A DNA stretch of 64,000 bases, taken from Armatimonadota bacterium. GTDB lineage: Bacteria > Armatimonadota > Fimbriimonadia > Fimbriimonadales > Fimbriimonadaceae. Under the pieces are notes generated by a model that made no database searches, was not told the DNA's origin, and worked only from the letters and a program-made list of their open reading frames with translations. Shown one piece after another: positions 17,857 through 30,988 of the stretch (position 1 is the stretch's first letter; every line of letters starts with the position of its first letter). Made by a program: the position numbers and the translations under genes. Location: NCBI GenBank assembly GCA_018268255.1, contig JAFDWX010000008.1:27269-91268 (forward strand), given 5' to 3'.

Positions 17857-18774
17857 TCAGTTTCGCTTGCGGCGTCTTGCTACGGCCGCCAAGCCGAGAC
17901 CAAGTGCTGCCATCGTCGCGGGTTCCGGAACGGCCTGGTAATGAGTACCGGACATTCCGTTGATATCGATGTTGGAAACAACGTTGCCGTTTTCGTCCGT
18001 AACCTGAATTCCGGAAAGAACGACAGTGTGGTAAAAATCGCAGTCGCCGGAAACACTGGCGCCAGACGAAATCTGCTTTAGATTTGGCTGGAATATCGAG
18101 TTCATTTGAACCGATGCCTTTTGACCACCGCTTCCGATCAGATACTTCTTAGTGGCAACCATCTTGTTGGTTACGCCGTTGGTCTGGCCGTAAAAATAGA
18201 ATCTCTCGTTGGTGTTGGCCCCGATCTTAACGTCCAAATACGAGAAGTCTCTATAGGTCAGGGTCGAACCTGAAATATGAAATACGTACTGCGCGTAATA
18301 GTTCGTCGCTGTTCCCCCAAATTGGAGTGTGTCAACGAATCCAGCGGTCGCTTGGGCGTTGAATAGATCAGGCACGCCGTTGGCATCGTAAGTTAGGGTC
18401 TGGGAATTATACAGGGGAGTGTTGACGGGGTTGTAGAAGCTGTTGTTTAGTGTGCCGGCGTATCTCGTTCGCAAAATTCCGTAGTCCCCTTGCGCTTGCC
18501 CGAGGCCGGTGAAGTCCATGGTTTGTTCGTCACCGTTCTCGTCAACGCCGGAATACGAGAGCGACGTCGAATGCGAAACTGCTTGACCGCTCGTGTTAAC
18601 GCCAGAAGAATCTTCTGTAACCAAATAGATGTTGCCATTTTCCAGTTGATAGTCCTGGTTTCCGGCTAGCACTTTTACTTCTCCGGAGCGCGAAAAGTTC
18701 TGGGAATATCCGATGGCAGGGAGCACCGCGATGCCCACAGCAAAATACGAAACAGCAAAAACTCTAAGTTTCAT
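17857..18774 (-). CDS. PEP-CTERM sorting-domain secreted protein
   Basis: N-terminal signal peptide. The C-terminal VPEPATMAALGLGLAAVARRRKRN is the PEP-CTERM motif plus TM and a basic tail. Confidence 0.8.
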   Translation of the reverse strand: MKLRVFAVSYFAVGIAVLPAIGYSQNFSRSGEVKVLAGNQDYQLENGNIYLVTEDSSGVNTSGQAVSHSTSLSYSGVDENGDEQTMDFTGLGQAQGDYGILRTRYAGTLNNSFYNPVNTPLYNSQTLTYDANGVPDLFNAQATAGFVDTLQFGGTATNYYAQYVFHISGSTLTYRDFSYLDVKIGANTNERFYFYGQTNGVTNKMVATKKYLIGSGGQKASVQMNSIFQPNLKQISSGASVSGDCDFYHTVVLSGIQVTDENGNVVSNIDINGMSGTHYQAVPEPATMAALGLGLAAVARRRKRN

Positions 18775-18855
18775 GCTACGAGTATAAGAAAGCCCCGCAT
18801 TAGATAGGCATTAGACAACGCAATGTCGCAAGTTCCCGTTATCATTACCAGGAGA

Positions 18856-20625
18856 CTATTGCGTGAGGCGGCGGAGTGAGACCATGCCCATTTGGGCGAT
18901 CTGGGCTGGCTTTGCTTGCTTGGAGAGCTGCAGAGCCTTTGACCCTGGTGCCCGCCTTCGGGCCATCGACTCGCACAGGTCGGTTTCTGCTTTGGCGCGG
19001 ATGTGGCCCGTCCGGATTCGCCAATGATTCACCCATTCCAAAGTTCCCAAGCCTAGGGGACTGTCGCCGCACACAATCAACGAAGCTCCGAGGTACTCCA
19101 GTGCAACCTGTTGATAGCTTTCCACGCTGCCGTCGAATAGCTCACTTAATCCTTGGCGCATCAGTCCGTAACAGCTTCTCTGCTCCCCGAGCAGGCAGTA
19201 CGTGAGCGCCAAGGCCGGTGGCACTAGACCTCCCGGGAATTTGCCAGGAAACTCGCGGCGGAGTTCGAGCGCCTTTTCAAACCACTCCTTTGCCAGTTCG
19301 TAATTGCCCTGCATCAGCGGGATGAAAGCGCGGTTGCCAAATCCGATGATGTACTCGAATCGTGCGCGATCCCCATCGTTCTTGCAAAGGATGTCTTGCG
19401 ATTCCGAAAATACATCCAGGGCCTCATCATATCGACCTTGCAGCCAAAGATAAGTTGCCTTGTTGCCGTAGGAAGCCGATATGTCGATTTCGTCACCCAA
19501 CTCGGTCGCGTGCTGAATCGTTTTCTCTATGGCTTCCATGGTTCCCGGCCAATCACGAACAATGGATTTCGCCACGCTGACAGCGTTCCAGGCAGCTCGG
19601 AGAATGAGCGGATTTTGACTTTTTTCGATCACTCTCGGTGCAAGCGCCAAGACTCCTTGGTGATCCTTTTGCCACGCTCTCAGGCCGATGGCGCGGGCGA
19701 TACTGCGTTCCCAAGTCTCGTCGTACTCCTCTGGTTCATCGATGACCTTCTCAAGGAGAGAGAGCATCGCTTTGGGATACCGGCCAGCATCAGCGAGCGT
19801 CTCGGGGGCGCCGAGGATCTGTCGGGCAAGTTTGCGATTGGAACGAATCAGGGTGCCTAAAATTAGCGGAGCAAGTTCGCGCTCGTCCGGACTTAGGATG
19901 TTTTCGGACTCTGCATCCACTCGCCCGGACCGAATCTGCTGAACGAGGCTTTTGAGGCTTTCGTGGTTGAGCCGTCGCTCGCGATTGGCCCTGACATAGG
20001 ATTGAATCGCCTGGTCGCCTCGGCCGATCATTGCGCTGCCACGAAGATATTGGGTCCACAGCGCCAACGATTCTCGGTCATGGATCAGGCCGATTTCCGC
20101 GGCGCGCGCGACGAGATCATCCTGATCAAATCGTTCGGCGAGTTGGGACGCTTGGAGGCAAATTTGCGCAGCCATCTCGCTCCAACTCGACGATGCCCTG
20201 CGCTCCCATTGCTGAGTCTCACGGGGGAAGAGCCTCTCTCTTAAGCGAGGAAGCAACTTCCGAAAATCGTGCAATAGCGCCTCGGAAGCCACCTGATCTT
20301 CCGCCAACCGCAGTTCATTTCGGATCTGCAGCAGGTCGCACTCCACGACGTCTCGGTCCAGAGTGATGCCGTCTGTACTTTCGATCAGCGCGGGTCCCAA
20401 GAGAGTTCGCAATGCGTTGAGCGCTACGCGCAAACGATTGGATGCAACGGATGATTCTTCGTCGGGCCAGAGGTCATGGATGATCTCGCCACGATGGACC
20501 CAGTCAGGGCTCTTGATCAGCAGGTAGGCAAGAATACGCCGATTCGCTCTGAGCGAAATCGCCTCTCCGGATGGGATATTCGTGAGGGCGAATTTGCCCA
20601 GAAGTTGCACGCGAAAGTGCACCAA
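18856..20625 (-). CDS. SARP/AfsR-type transcriptional regulator (winged-helix + BTAD) with TPR repeats
   Basis: An N-terminal OmpR-like wHTH (ANRRILAYLLIKSPDWVHRGEIIHDLWPD) is followed by a BTAD-like region and C-terminal TPR-like repeats. Confidence 0.6.
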   Translation of the reverse strand: MVHFRVQLLGKFALTNIPSGEAISLRANRRILAYLLIKSPDWVHRGEIIHDLWPDEESSVASNRLRVALNALRTLLGPALIESTDGITLDRDVVECDLLQIRNELRLAEDQVASEALLHDFRKLLPRLRERLFPRETQQWERRASSSWSEMAAQICLQASQLAERFDQDDLVARAAEIGLIHDRESLALWTQYLRGSAMIGRGDQAIQSYVRANRERRLNHESLKSLVQQIRSGRVDAESENILSPDERELAPLILGTLIRSNRKLARQILGAPETLADAGRYPKAMLSLLEKVIDEPEEYDETWERSIARAIGLRAWQKDHQGVLALAPRVIEKSQNPLILRAAWNAVSVAKSIVRDWPGTMEAIEKTIQHATELGDEIDISASYGNKATYLWLQGRYDEALDVFSESQDILCKNDGDRARFEYIIGFGNRAFIPLMQGNYELAKEWFEKALELRREFPGKFPGGLVPPALALTYCLLGEQRSCYGLMRQGLSELFDGSVESYQQVALEYLGASLIVCGDSPLGLGTLEWVNHWRIRTGHIRAKAETDLCESMARRRAPGSKALQLSKQAKPAQIAQMGMVSLRRLTQ

Positions 20626-20654
20626 CTCAGAATACCTTTGGAGGATAATAGCCC

Positions 20655-21122
20655 ATGGACCGCAACCTCTCCCCTTTGGTCGAATTCCTCACACCGTATC
20701 CGGAGTCTGTCCAGGAACTCGCAATCGAGGCTCGGAATCGGCTCCAAGAGATTGCAGGACCAGCAAACGATCTGTATTTTGATGCCACATCGGCTGTCAG
20801 CGCAGGGCTTTCGTACACAGGCCATCCTCGCGACAATTTCATTAACATCGCGGTGTATTCCAAGCATGTGACCTTGATCTTTCCCTTTGGGGCGCGGCTC
20901 ACCGATCCAGAATTGCGGCTAAAAGGTGAAGGAAAGCAGATCCGCAACCTCAGGCTGGATGGGATTGAAACGCTGAATGATCTCTACGTGGTGGACCTCA
21001 TTTTGCAATCGGTTCAGTTCGCCGCAAGACCACCAGAGCCCATCGCACCCCCGACTTTCGTTAAGGTGTACAGTGGTCCCAAGAGGCGACCAACGAATCC
21101 ATCCCGCGATTCGCAAGTCTAA
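20655..21122 (+). CDS. DUF1801 (YdhG-like) domain protein
   Basis: LVEFLTPYPESVQELAIEARNRLQEI...HVTLIFPFGARL fits DUF1801. Confidence 0.5.
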   Translation: MDRNLSPLVEFLTPYPESVQELAIEARNRLQEIAGPANDLYFDATSAVSAGLSYTGHPRDNFINIAVYSKHVTLIFPFGARLTDPELRLKGEGKQIRNLRLDGIETLNDLYVVDLILQSVQFAARPPEPIAPPTFVKVYSGPKRRPTNPSRDSQV

Positions 21123-21128
21123 CCAGTT

Positions 21129-21677
21129 ATGTTGCTCACGAGTCTGGCTCTCGCTCTTGCTCCAAATCAATCGACGCTCGATATCAAGCTTTCCCGCACC
21201 ATCGAGAACAAGGAGGAAGTCTTTGTTGCGGCTGCAACCAATATTTCCAGTCAAGATGTGGCCTTGGTGCCTCAAATCGATGGAAGCGAGACCGGGATGC
21301 GAGGTCCCGTTGCCCAGTTCCAAGTAAAAGTTGGAAACGACTGGAAGGCGTTTGAATTCGGGCCCCGTTGTGGCAACACGAACCCGCTGGAGAAAGACTA
21401 TTTTAAGATGGTCCAGCCAAACGGATCCCAAATCCTGGCGAAAATGAGCCTCACGTCGGGAATGTATCTCGGCGCGATCGGAAACCCCGGAAAACACCAG
21501 ATACGGTTTGTTTACGACACAACAATGCCGTTGGAACGGTGGATCGGAGGGCCGCTTCCGGAAGACCTGCAGCAGCAACGAGTGAGCGAGCTCAAGTCCT
21601 TGTTGGATCGAGTTCCCAAGGGACGGTACATTTCCAACGCCATCACAGTCCAGGTGAGAAGGGCGCGGGAATCCTGA
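21129..21677 (+). CDS. hypothetical protein
   Basis: A 182-aa ORF with coding-like composition and a weak N-terminal hydrophobic segment. Confidence 0.4.
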   Translation: MLLTSLALALAPNQSTLDIKLSRTIENKEEVFVAAATNISSQDVALVPQIDGSETGMRGPVAQFQVKVGNDWKAFEFGPRCGNTNPLEKDYFKMVQPNGSQILAKMSLTSGMYLGAIGNPGKHQIRFVYDTTMPLERWIGGPLPEDLQQQRVSELKSLLDRVPKGRYISNAITVQVRRARES

Positions 21678-21734
21678 CAAAAAAGTATTGCGTTGGCGGC
21701 TAGAAAGCCATAACGTTCTCTCCGATAAAGAGGT

Positions 21735-22304
21735 ATGAGCGCAAGTCCTGCCCTCAATCGGGAGCTCCTGCAGGAATACCGGGCGGTGAAACCAACCGGT
21801 GTTGAGCGAAAGCTTGGTCCTGAAGAGGTCATTGTCAGCAAAACAGATACGAAAGGACATATCACCTACGCCAACCACGTGTTCTGCAGGATCGCGGGTT
21901 ATACGACGGAGGAGCTGATGGGTGCTCCCCACAGCATCGTGCGGCATCCCGATATGCCCCGATGTGTCTTTAAGCTTCTTTGGGATGTTATCTCTGCGGG
22001 CAACGAGATCTTTGCTTACGTTAAGAACATGGCTCGAAACGGCGACCATTACTGGGTGTTCGCCCATGTAACCCCGACCTTCAACGCGGCTGGCGAGATC
22101 GTTGGCTATCATTCGAACCGACGTTGTCCAGATCGGAAAGCAGTTGAGCTGTTCGAAGGACTATATAAGGCACTTCGCGACATTGAGAACTCAATCCCAG
22201 ACCGCCGAATAGGACTGGAGACTTCTTTCAACAAAGTGCTGGAAATCTTGGAATCCAAGGGCGTTAGCTACGATGAATTCATATTTAGCGTTACACCAAA
22301 CTAA
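21735..22304 (+). CDS. Aer-type PAS sensor domain protein (FAD-binding PAS)
   Basis: HITYANHVFCRIAGYTTEELMGAPHSIVRHPDMP...NGDHYWVFAHVTP matches the Aer PAS domain. Confidence 0.7.
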   Translation: MSASPALNRELLQEYRAVKPTGVERKLGPEEVIVSKTDTKGHITYANHVFCRIAGYTTEELMGAPHSIVRHPDMPRCVFKLLWDVISAGNEIFAYVKNMARNGDHYWVFAHVTPTFNAAGEIVGYHSNRRCPDRKAVELFEGLYKALRDIENSIPDRRIGLETSFNKVLEILESKGVSYDEFIFSVTPN

Positions 22305-22923
22305 GGATGAATCCGTAAGGGATTTCGTCGCCGAAGCCACTACCGTCTGCAAAACGGCTGCGGAAGGCGATTTGGAACAGCGGATCTGCCATCTACCGGA
22401 AGACCCGCGCTTTGCCGACTTGGCCATCGCCATCAACTCCCTGTTGGATTCAACCGACGCTTTCGTGAGAGAATCATCGGCGACGCTCGCCGCCGCCAGC
22501 AAGGGCAAGTTCTATCGACGTTTCATTGTCCGCGGTATGCCAGGTTCGTTTCGTCGCGGAGCGATCCAGATCAACGATGCATCGAATGAGATGGCTGCTC
22601 AGGCAGAAACTTTGGAAGAAGCTCGGGAACATCGAGACGAAGCTTTCCTCAAGCTTGAATCACTCGTTTCGGAATCCAACGCACGTGTTGAGTCGACCGT
22701 GGCTGAGATCTCCAAAATTTTGGGAGGGGTAACCGTCCTGGCGATCAACGCCCGTATCGAAGCTTCTCGAGCGGGTGAAGCGTCGGCTGGATTCGGAGTG
22801 GTAGCGAGTGAAATTGAGAAAATGGCCCAACGAATCACCAAATCGACAGATCGACTAACGGTCGAAGTTTCCGTCTTTATGGAGGAATCCAAGTCCATCC
22901 TCCAGTCCATTCTGGCCAGCTAA
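22273..22923 (+). CDS. short methyl-accepting-chemotaxis-protein signalling-domain protein (hairpin-tip region only)
   Basis: VLAINARIEASRAGEASAGFGVVASEIEKMAQR is the MCP hairpin-tip motif. The ORF overlaps the PAS gene by 32 nt in the +1 frame. Confidence 0.55.
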   Translation: MNSYLALHQTKDESVRDFVAEATTVCKTAAEGDLEQRICHLPEDPRFADLAIAINSLLDSTDAFVRESSATLAAASKGKFYRRFIVRGMPGSFRRGAIQINDASNEMAAQAETLEEAREHRDEAFLKLESLVSESNARVESTVAEISKILGGVTVLAINARIEASRAGEASAGFGVVASEIEKMAQRITKSTDRLTVEVSVFMEESKSILQSILAS

Positions 22924-22984
22924 AATATCCGCCCCCGAGTTTAGACAACCGAGAAGTCGGTAGAACATAGAGCATTGAATCTCT

Positions 22985-23521
22985 ATGGAACTTGAACGAC
23001 TGATCAATCGGCACAAGGACTCTGTTTACCGACAGATGGTTCGCGTTTGCGGCAACCACGCGGATGCCGAAGACGCTCTTGGAGATGCCATTCTTGCCGC
23101 AATTCGCGCATACGATCAACTGCGCGAGCCCGAGGCCTTTCGCGGGTGGCTTGCCAGAATTGGGACGCGTTCATGCGCTCGGATGCGGATCCGAAGCCGG
23201 ATCACGGAGACCGTATCTCTAAGCGATCTTGCCTTGAAGGGAATCGAACTCAGCGATGATGGGAACGACCCGATGGTTGAGGCAGAGATGGAGATGATGC
23301 GGACCTGCGTATCGACGGCATTGGATACGCTCCCACCGATTTACCGTGAGGTGTATTTGCGGAGAGATATCTTGGGCCACAAGGCAGTGGAAGTGGTGCG
23401 GGACCTCGGCATCTCCTTGCCGGCGGTGAAGTCCCGGTTGCACCGCGCTCGGGAGATGGTTCGGCTGGCGATCGATGAAGGGACTGGCTGCCGCGAACTT
23501 TCGCAAGCAGCCCCCTTCTGA
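22985..23521 (+). CDS. ECF (sigma-70 family group 4) RNA polymerase sigma factor
   Basis: It has region 2 (DAEDALGDAILAAIRAYDQL...FRGWLARI) and region 4 (EVYLRRDILGHKAVEVVRDLGISLPAVKSRLHRARE). Confidence 0.8.
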   Translation: MELERLINRHKDSVYRQMVRVCGNHADAEDALGDAILAAIRAYDQLREPEAFRGWLARIGTRSCARMRIRSRITETVSLSDLALKGIELSDDGNDPMVEAEMEMMRTCVSTALDTLPPIYREVYLRRDILGHKAVEVVRDLGISLPAVKSRLHRAREMVRLAIDEGTGCRELSQAAPF

Positions 23522-23522
23522 C

Positions 23523-23914
23523 CTAGATGGCGCTGATCTTGGATAGGACTCGCTGAGTCAAAGCCTCACGAGGAAGTATCCCCGATAAGGAATCGATCAC
23601 GGCTTTGTCCCGGATCAGCACAAGTGTGGGTATCCCCCGGATATTGAACGCTTCCGCAAGTTGCGGCTCATCGTCCACGTTGACTTTGCCAACGCGGACC
23701 TTTCCTTCGAGGTCTTGCGCCACATTGTCCAAAATTGGCTTGAGGGCGCGGCATGGTCCGCACCAGGGAGCCCAAAAGTCGATCAGGATGGGAGATACAT
23801 CCTCCACGACCTCTTGCTTGAATGTGTCCCGAGTCAACTCGACGATGCTCGGCCCGGGTTCTAACCTTTCCATAGCATTAAGGGTAATTTCAGCACGAAA
23901 AGGATTCATGCTCA

Positions 23915-23918
<4 letters not shown>
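23523..23918 (-). CDS. thioredoxin
   Basis: The active site [13 protein letters not shown] is present. The start overlaps the RND permease stop by 4 nt, so the two are co-transcribed. Confidence 0.8.
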
Positions 23919-27141
<3,223 letters not shown>

Positions 27142-27145
<4 letters not shown>

Positions 27146-28605
27146 CGTTGGGGCTCAACCTTGTCACCGTCGGCGACATTTTCGCGGCCCTTGGTAACGA
27201 TTCTCTCTTCAGAATTCAATCCGGAAAGGACTTCGGTTTGATCTCCAAAGGAACTTCCTATCGATATGATTCTCAGGTGGGCAATGCCCTCTGGATTGAG
27301 GACAAATACATGGTGCAACCCTTCGCGTTCCCAAATGGCCTGTGTCGGTATGGCGATGGACGTCTGCCCTTCGAGCGGTATTTGTACCCTTCCGAACATC
27401 CCCGACTTGAGTTGATTGCTCTCGGGCAACGTAGATTTCAACAGGAAACTGTGGGACGTGTTGTTGCCCTCGGGAACCAGCTCCGTCACGGTTGCGGAGA
27501 TCGGTTCTTTGCCTGCTGAGTCGATGAGTACGGAGACGGAATCACCCACTGCGAGAGTATCGACAAGGGTCTCAGGGACAGGAGATTCAAGCCGGAAGCC
27601 ACCGCCTTCGATCCCAACGAGAGGCGTACCAGGCGAAGCCAAAGCGCCCGGATCGACCATTCTGCTTACGACAACTCCATCGAATGGAGCCGTGATGGTG
27701 GCATAGCCCAGGCTCACTTGCGCGGCTTCCAGAGCTGCGGAAGTCTGATGAGTTTGGGCGCGTGCGGACTCAATCTCCTTGTTGCGGACCTGAACCATCA
27801 TGGTTCCTGCTCGGGCTTGGTTCAGACCGGCCTCCGCTTGGCGAACAGCTCCTTCGGCCGCCGTGACGCTCTCCCGTGCTGCTCTCAGATCTTCCGTTCT
27901 GGAACCTTCCTGGGCGATCTTCTCGCTTTCCACGGCCGTTTCGTAGGCGGCTTTAGCAAGATTGTAGTTGTTCGTTTCAACGTCGAGTTGTCGTTTGGCT
28001 ACCGCACCTTTTTCGTAGAGTTTAGTGGTGCGGTCCAGTTCTGTTGTCGCGAGATCGAGACTGGATTTAGCTTGAAGTACTGCCAGACGGGCTTGAGTCT
28101 TTTCTTGTGTTCTGGGACCAGCTTTCACCAAATCGAGTTTCGCGTTCGCTGCAGCCAGCGCCGCCTTTGCCTGAGCTACCTGAGCTTCGGCCTGCTTCAC
28201 TTGGGCTGAACTCGTTTTCGCCTCCATCGTTGCAGCTGTTTCCGCGTTTGAGACTGCAATGCGACTCGCCTGAAGATTGGCGGAAGCGATGTTCACGGCG
28301 GAACTCAATTCCCTCGAATCGAGCGTGACCAAGACTTGCCCCTGGTGCACTCGATCACCTGGCCTTACGTTCACGCGAACAACACGAGCCATCACTTTGG
28401 ATGCCAACTCGGCTCTCAGGAGTGGACGCACAATTCCTGAGGCTTCAAAGAAGTGACCGTCCGAATTCTGGCCCACTGTTTGCACCTCAGCCGATACCGT
28501 TTTGACGGCCCTCTCCGTGGCCCGTGCTTGTTCTTTGCCGCAGCTAGTCACCGTTAAGGCCGTCGCGGCGAGAACGATCAAACCTATTCCATTCAGCTTG
28601 CTCAT
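27142..28605 (-). CDS. efflux RND transporter periplasmic adaptor (membrane-fusion protein), lipoprotein
   Basis: A lipobox follows Met-8 (LTVTSC), then a long Ala-rich coiled-coil hairpin and beta-barrel/MP domains. Confidence 0.8.
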
Positions 28606-28731
28606 GGTCGATGCGTGCGGTTGCACGTCTATATAAAGGAGACATCAGCAGGCTGTAAGGATTCTGGAAACAATTGTGATGTTCAGTTTTCGCTTGAGCC
28701 GAGAGTATCGGCACCCGGTATCTTTCCATCC

Positions 28732-29799
28732 ATGCAGAGCACAAGCTTTGACAGGTTTTACACGGCACTTGAAAGGAGAAGTGATGAATTTGATGGCCTT
28801 GTTTTTACGGCCGTCAAAACAACTGGCATCTTCTGCCGCCCAATCTGCCCCGCGAGAACGCCTCTGCCCCAAAACGTGGAGTTCTTCCAATCTGCAGCGG
28901 AGGCCCTTGCGGCGGGTTATCGGCCCTGCAAACGGTGTCATCCGATGGAGATGGGAGCGGATGCTCCGGAATGGCTCGTCGATCTCAAGCGCGAGGTCGA
29001 CTTAAATCCGGCCGTGCGCCTGTCCGATAAAGACCTGCGTGGAAAAAACCTCGATCCGGTGACCGTGCGACGAGCCTTTCGGCGTCGTTATGGCGTGACT
29101 TTCCAGGAATATCAGCGGAAAGCACGTATCGGCGCAGGATTGGTCGAAATGCAGGGCGGCGGCGACACGGTCGATGCTGCAATGACTAGCGGATATCAAT
29201 CAGAAAGTGGTTTTCGAGACGCTTTTCAGAAATGCGTGGGGGAAAGTCCCCGACGAGCCACAGATCTCACGCCGGCGTGGACAAAGTTTCTTGAAACTGA
29301 AGTGGGGCCGATGGTTGCGGTCGCCACAGACGATGGCTTGGAGTTCTTGGAATTCATCGATCGCAATCGGATGGAAGCCCAGATTCACGCGGTGATTCGG
29401 GATCGGGGTTGCACGCTCGTCTCGGGAACGCACCGTTACACCGAGCAGATCGAGCAAGAGCTCCGCGAATACTTCTTGGGCCAGCGCACCGTGTTCACAG
29501 TGCCCACGGTCATCAAGGGGAGCCCGTTCCAGGAGAAAGTGTGGAGAGTGCTCCAGAGCATTCCCTACGGTGAGACGCAGAGTTACGCATGGTTAGCCAA
29601 ACAGGTTGGCTCGGCCAATGCCACACGTGCTGTGGGCACCGCGAACGGCGAAAATCGGATGGCGATCATCATTCCGTGCCACCGGATCATCCGGAGCGAC
29701 GGATCGCTGGGCGGATATGCCGGTGGCTTGTGGCGCAAAAAGAAGTTGTTGGAACTGGAGAACCCAAAAGGTTCACTTGAACTTTACGACTGCCTTTGA
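28732..29799 (+). CDS. ada: bifunctional Ada: methylphosphotriester-DNA methyltransferase / AraC-type regulator / O6-methylguanine-DNA methyltransferase
   Basis: Ada zinc domain (FCRPICPARTP...CKRCHP), an AraC HTH, and a C-terminal MGMT domain with IPCHRIIRSDGSLGGYAGG. Confidence 0.8.
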   Translation: MQSTSFDRFYTALERRSDEFDGLVFTAVKTTGIFCRPICPARTPLPQNVEFFQSAAEALAAGYRPCKRCHPMEMGADAPEWLVDLKREVDLNPAVRLSDKDLRGKNLDPVTVRRAFRRRYGVTFQEYQRKARIGAGLVEMQGGGDTVDAAMTSGYQSESGFRDAFQKCVGESPRRATDLTPAWTKFLETEVGPMVAVATDDGLEFLEFIDRNRMEAQIHAVIRDRGCTLVSGTHRYTEQIEQELREYFLGQRTVFTVPTVIKGSPFQEKVWRVLQSIPYGETQSYAWLAKQVGSANATRAVGTANGENRMAIIIPCHRIIRSDGSLGGYAGGLWRKKKLLELENPKGSLELYDCL

Positions 29800-30303
29800 G
29801 TCTTCGACGTAGTCAGTTTCTCGCCCTCCGACTACTTTGCCGTTTTTGTCCAAGTAGTCGGCTTTGACCTTAAGGTGACCGTCTGCGGTGAGCTCAGACA
29901 CTGCTCGAACCAAGGCGATTCCGTTCGTCTCTCCCTCGACCTTCTCGACGGACGTTATCTTGCCTTTCTCCAAGGTCATCGTTCCTTCAGTCCGAAATCC
30001 TGCTGTGGTGAGATAGAAATATCGTACTGATTTGGTGCCTTCATCCCAGTAGATCAGCGATTCGCCACCGTACATTCCGTCGTTAACGGAGTGAAGGACA
30101 CGGATTGCCTGTCCGTTCATGGCTCGCTCGTAGTGAGACACGTCGATCATGGGCTTCTCGGGGGTCGATTCTTTAAAGGTTCCTCGCCAAGTCTTGTTCA
30201 AAAATACGCGGAGAGGCTCCAAATGCGCGTTGAGCGAACCAGTTTCAGTTGGCGCGGCCAGCATGGAGACTCCGAGGGCGGTGAGGAGGGCGGCAGTCAG
30301 CAT
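29773..30303 (-). CDS. secreted hypothetical protein
   Basis: Signal peptide MLTAALLTALGVSMLAAP at the corrected start. The protein is 176 aa. Confidence 0.45.
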   Translation of the reverse strand: MLTAALLTALGVSMLAAPTETGSLNAHLEPLRVFLNKTWRGTFKESTPEKPMIDVSHYERAMNGQAIRVLHSVNDGMYGGESLIYWDEGTKSVRYFYLTTAGFRTEGTMTLEKGKITSVEKVEGETNGIALVRAVSELTADGHLKVKADYLDKNGKVVGGRETDYVEDSKAVVKFK

Positions 30304-30378
30304 TGGCAAACAATACCCAGAAAAATGACTGAACTCCATGGTGCCCGTTACGTTTGTTGCTTGCGGAGGCAAATAAAA

Positions 30379-30855
30379 ATGAAATCCCTGTGCTTGTTGT
30401 CGGTATTGGCTATTAGCGCCTTTGCATCAGCGGACCTCCGCCAATCTTTGACGGATGCCGTAAATGACGAATATCACGCCGAAGCGTTCTACGCGGCGGT
30501 CATGTCGAAATTCGGAGCGGTGACCCCTTTCAGCAACATCATCCATGCGGAGGGCATGCACATCAAGCTGGTTAAAAACCTCTTGAGTCGGTATCGCTAC
30601 CCAGTTCCACCCAATACATTCGCTCGGCAAAGAGGGGAGTCGGTTCCCGCCTTTCAGGCGCGATTGGGAGTTCCCAACTCGCTCCTGGATAGTGCGATCA
30701 TCGCTGCGCAAGTCGAGCGAGCGCAAGGACCGTTCTATGACAATCTGATTGCCGCGGGCGTTCCTCAGGACGTCTCCCAGGTGTTTCTGAAACTGAAATC
30801 CGATTCGGTGAATAAGCACCTTCCAGCGTTCGAGCGTTACATCCAACGTCACTGA
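30379..30855 (+). CDS. secreted ferritin-like DUF2202 family protein
   Basis: A signal peptide at the corrected internal start MKSLCLLSVLAISAFA. LTDAVNDEYHAEAFYAAV...HAEGMHIKLVKNLL is the ferritin-like ExxH pair. Confidence 0.55.
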   Translation: MKSLCLLSVLAISAFASADLRQSLTDAVNDEYHAEAFYAAVMSKFGAVTPFSNIIHAEGMHIKLVKNLLSRYRYPVPPNTFARQRGESVPAFQARLGVPNSLLDSAIIAAQVERAQGPFYDNLIAAGVPQDVSQVFLKLKSDSVNKHLPAFERYIQRH

Positions 30856-30988
30856 TGACTGATAAGGCATTGGCAGGAATTCCGCAAGGCTCCTGCCAAT
30901 GCAACCTCAGGCAAAGCTTAGTGGTATCTATTGAGGAAGTGAACGGCTCACTCGCATCATTGACTATAGTGGGCCATCAACAAATCAG

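Noticed and set aside
30091-30378. A 96-aa N-terminal extension of the DUF2202 ORF.
   Set aside because: It overlaps the convergent secreted-protein gene. An internal ATG at 30379 is followed by a typical signal peptide.
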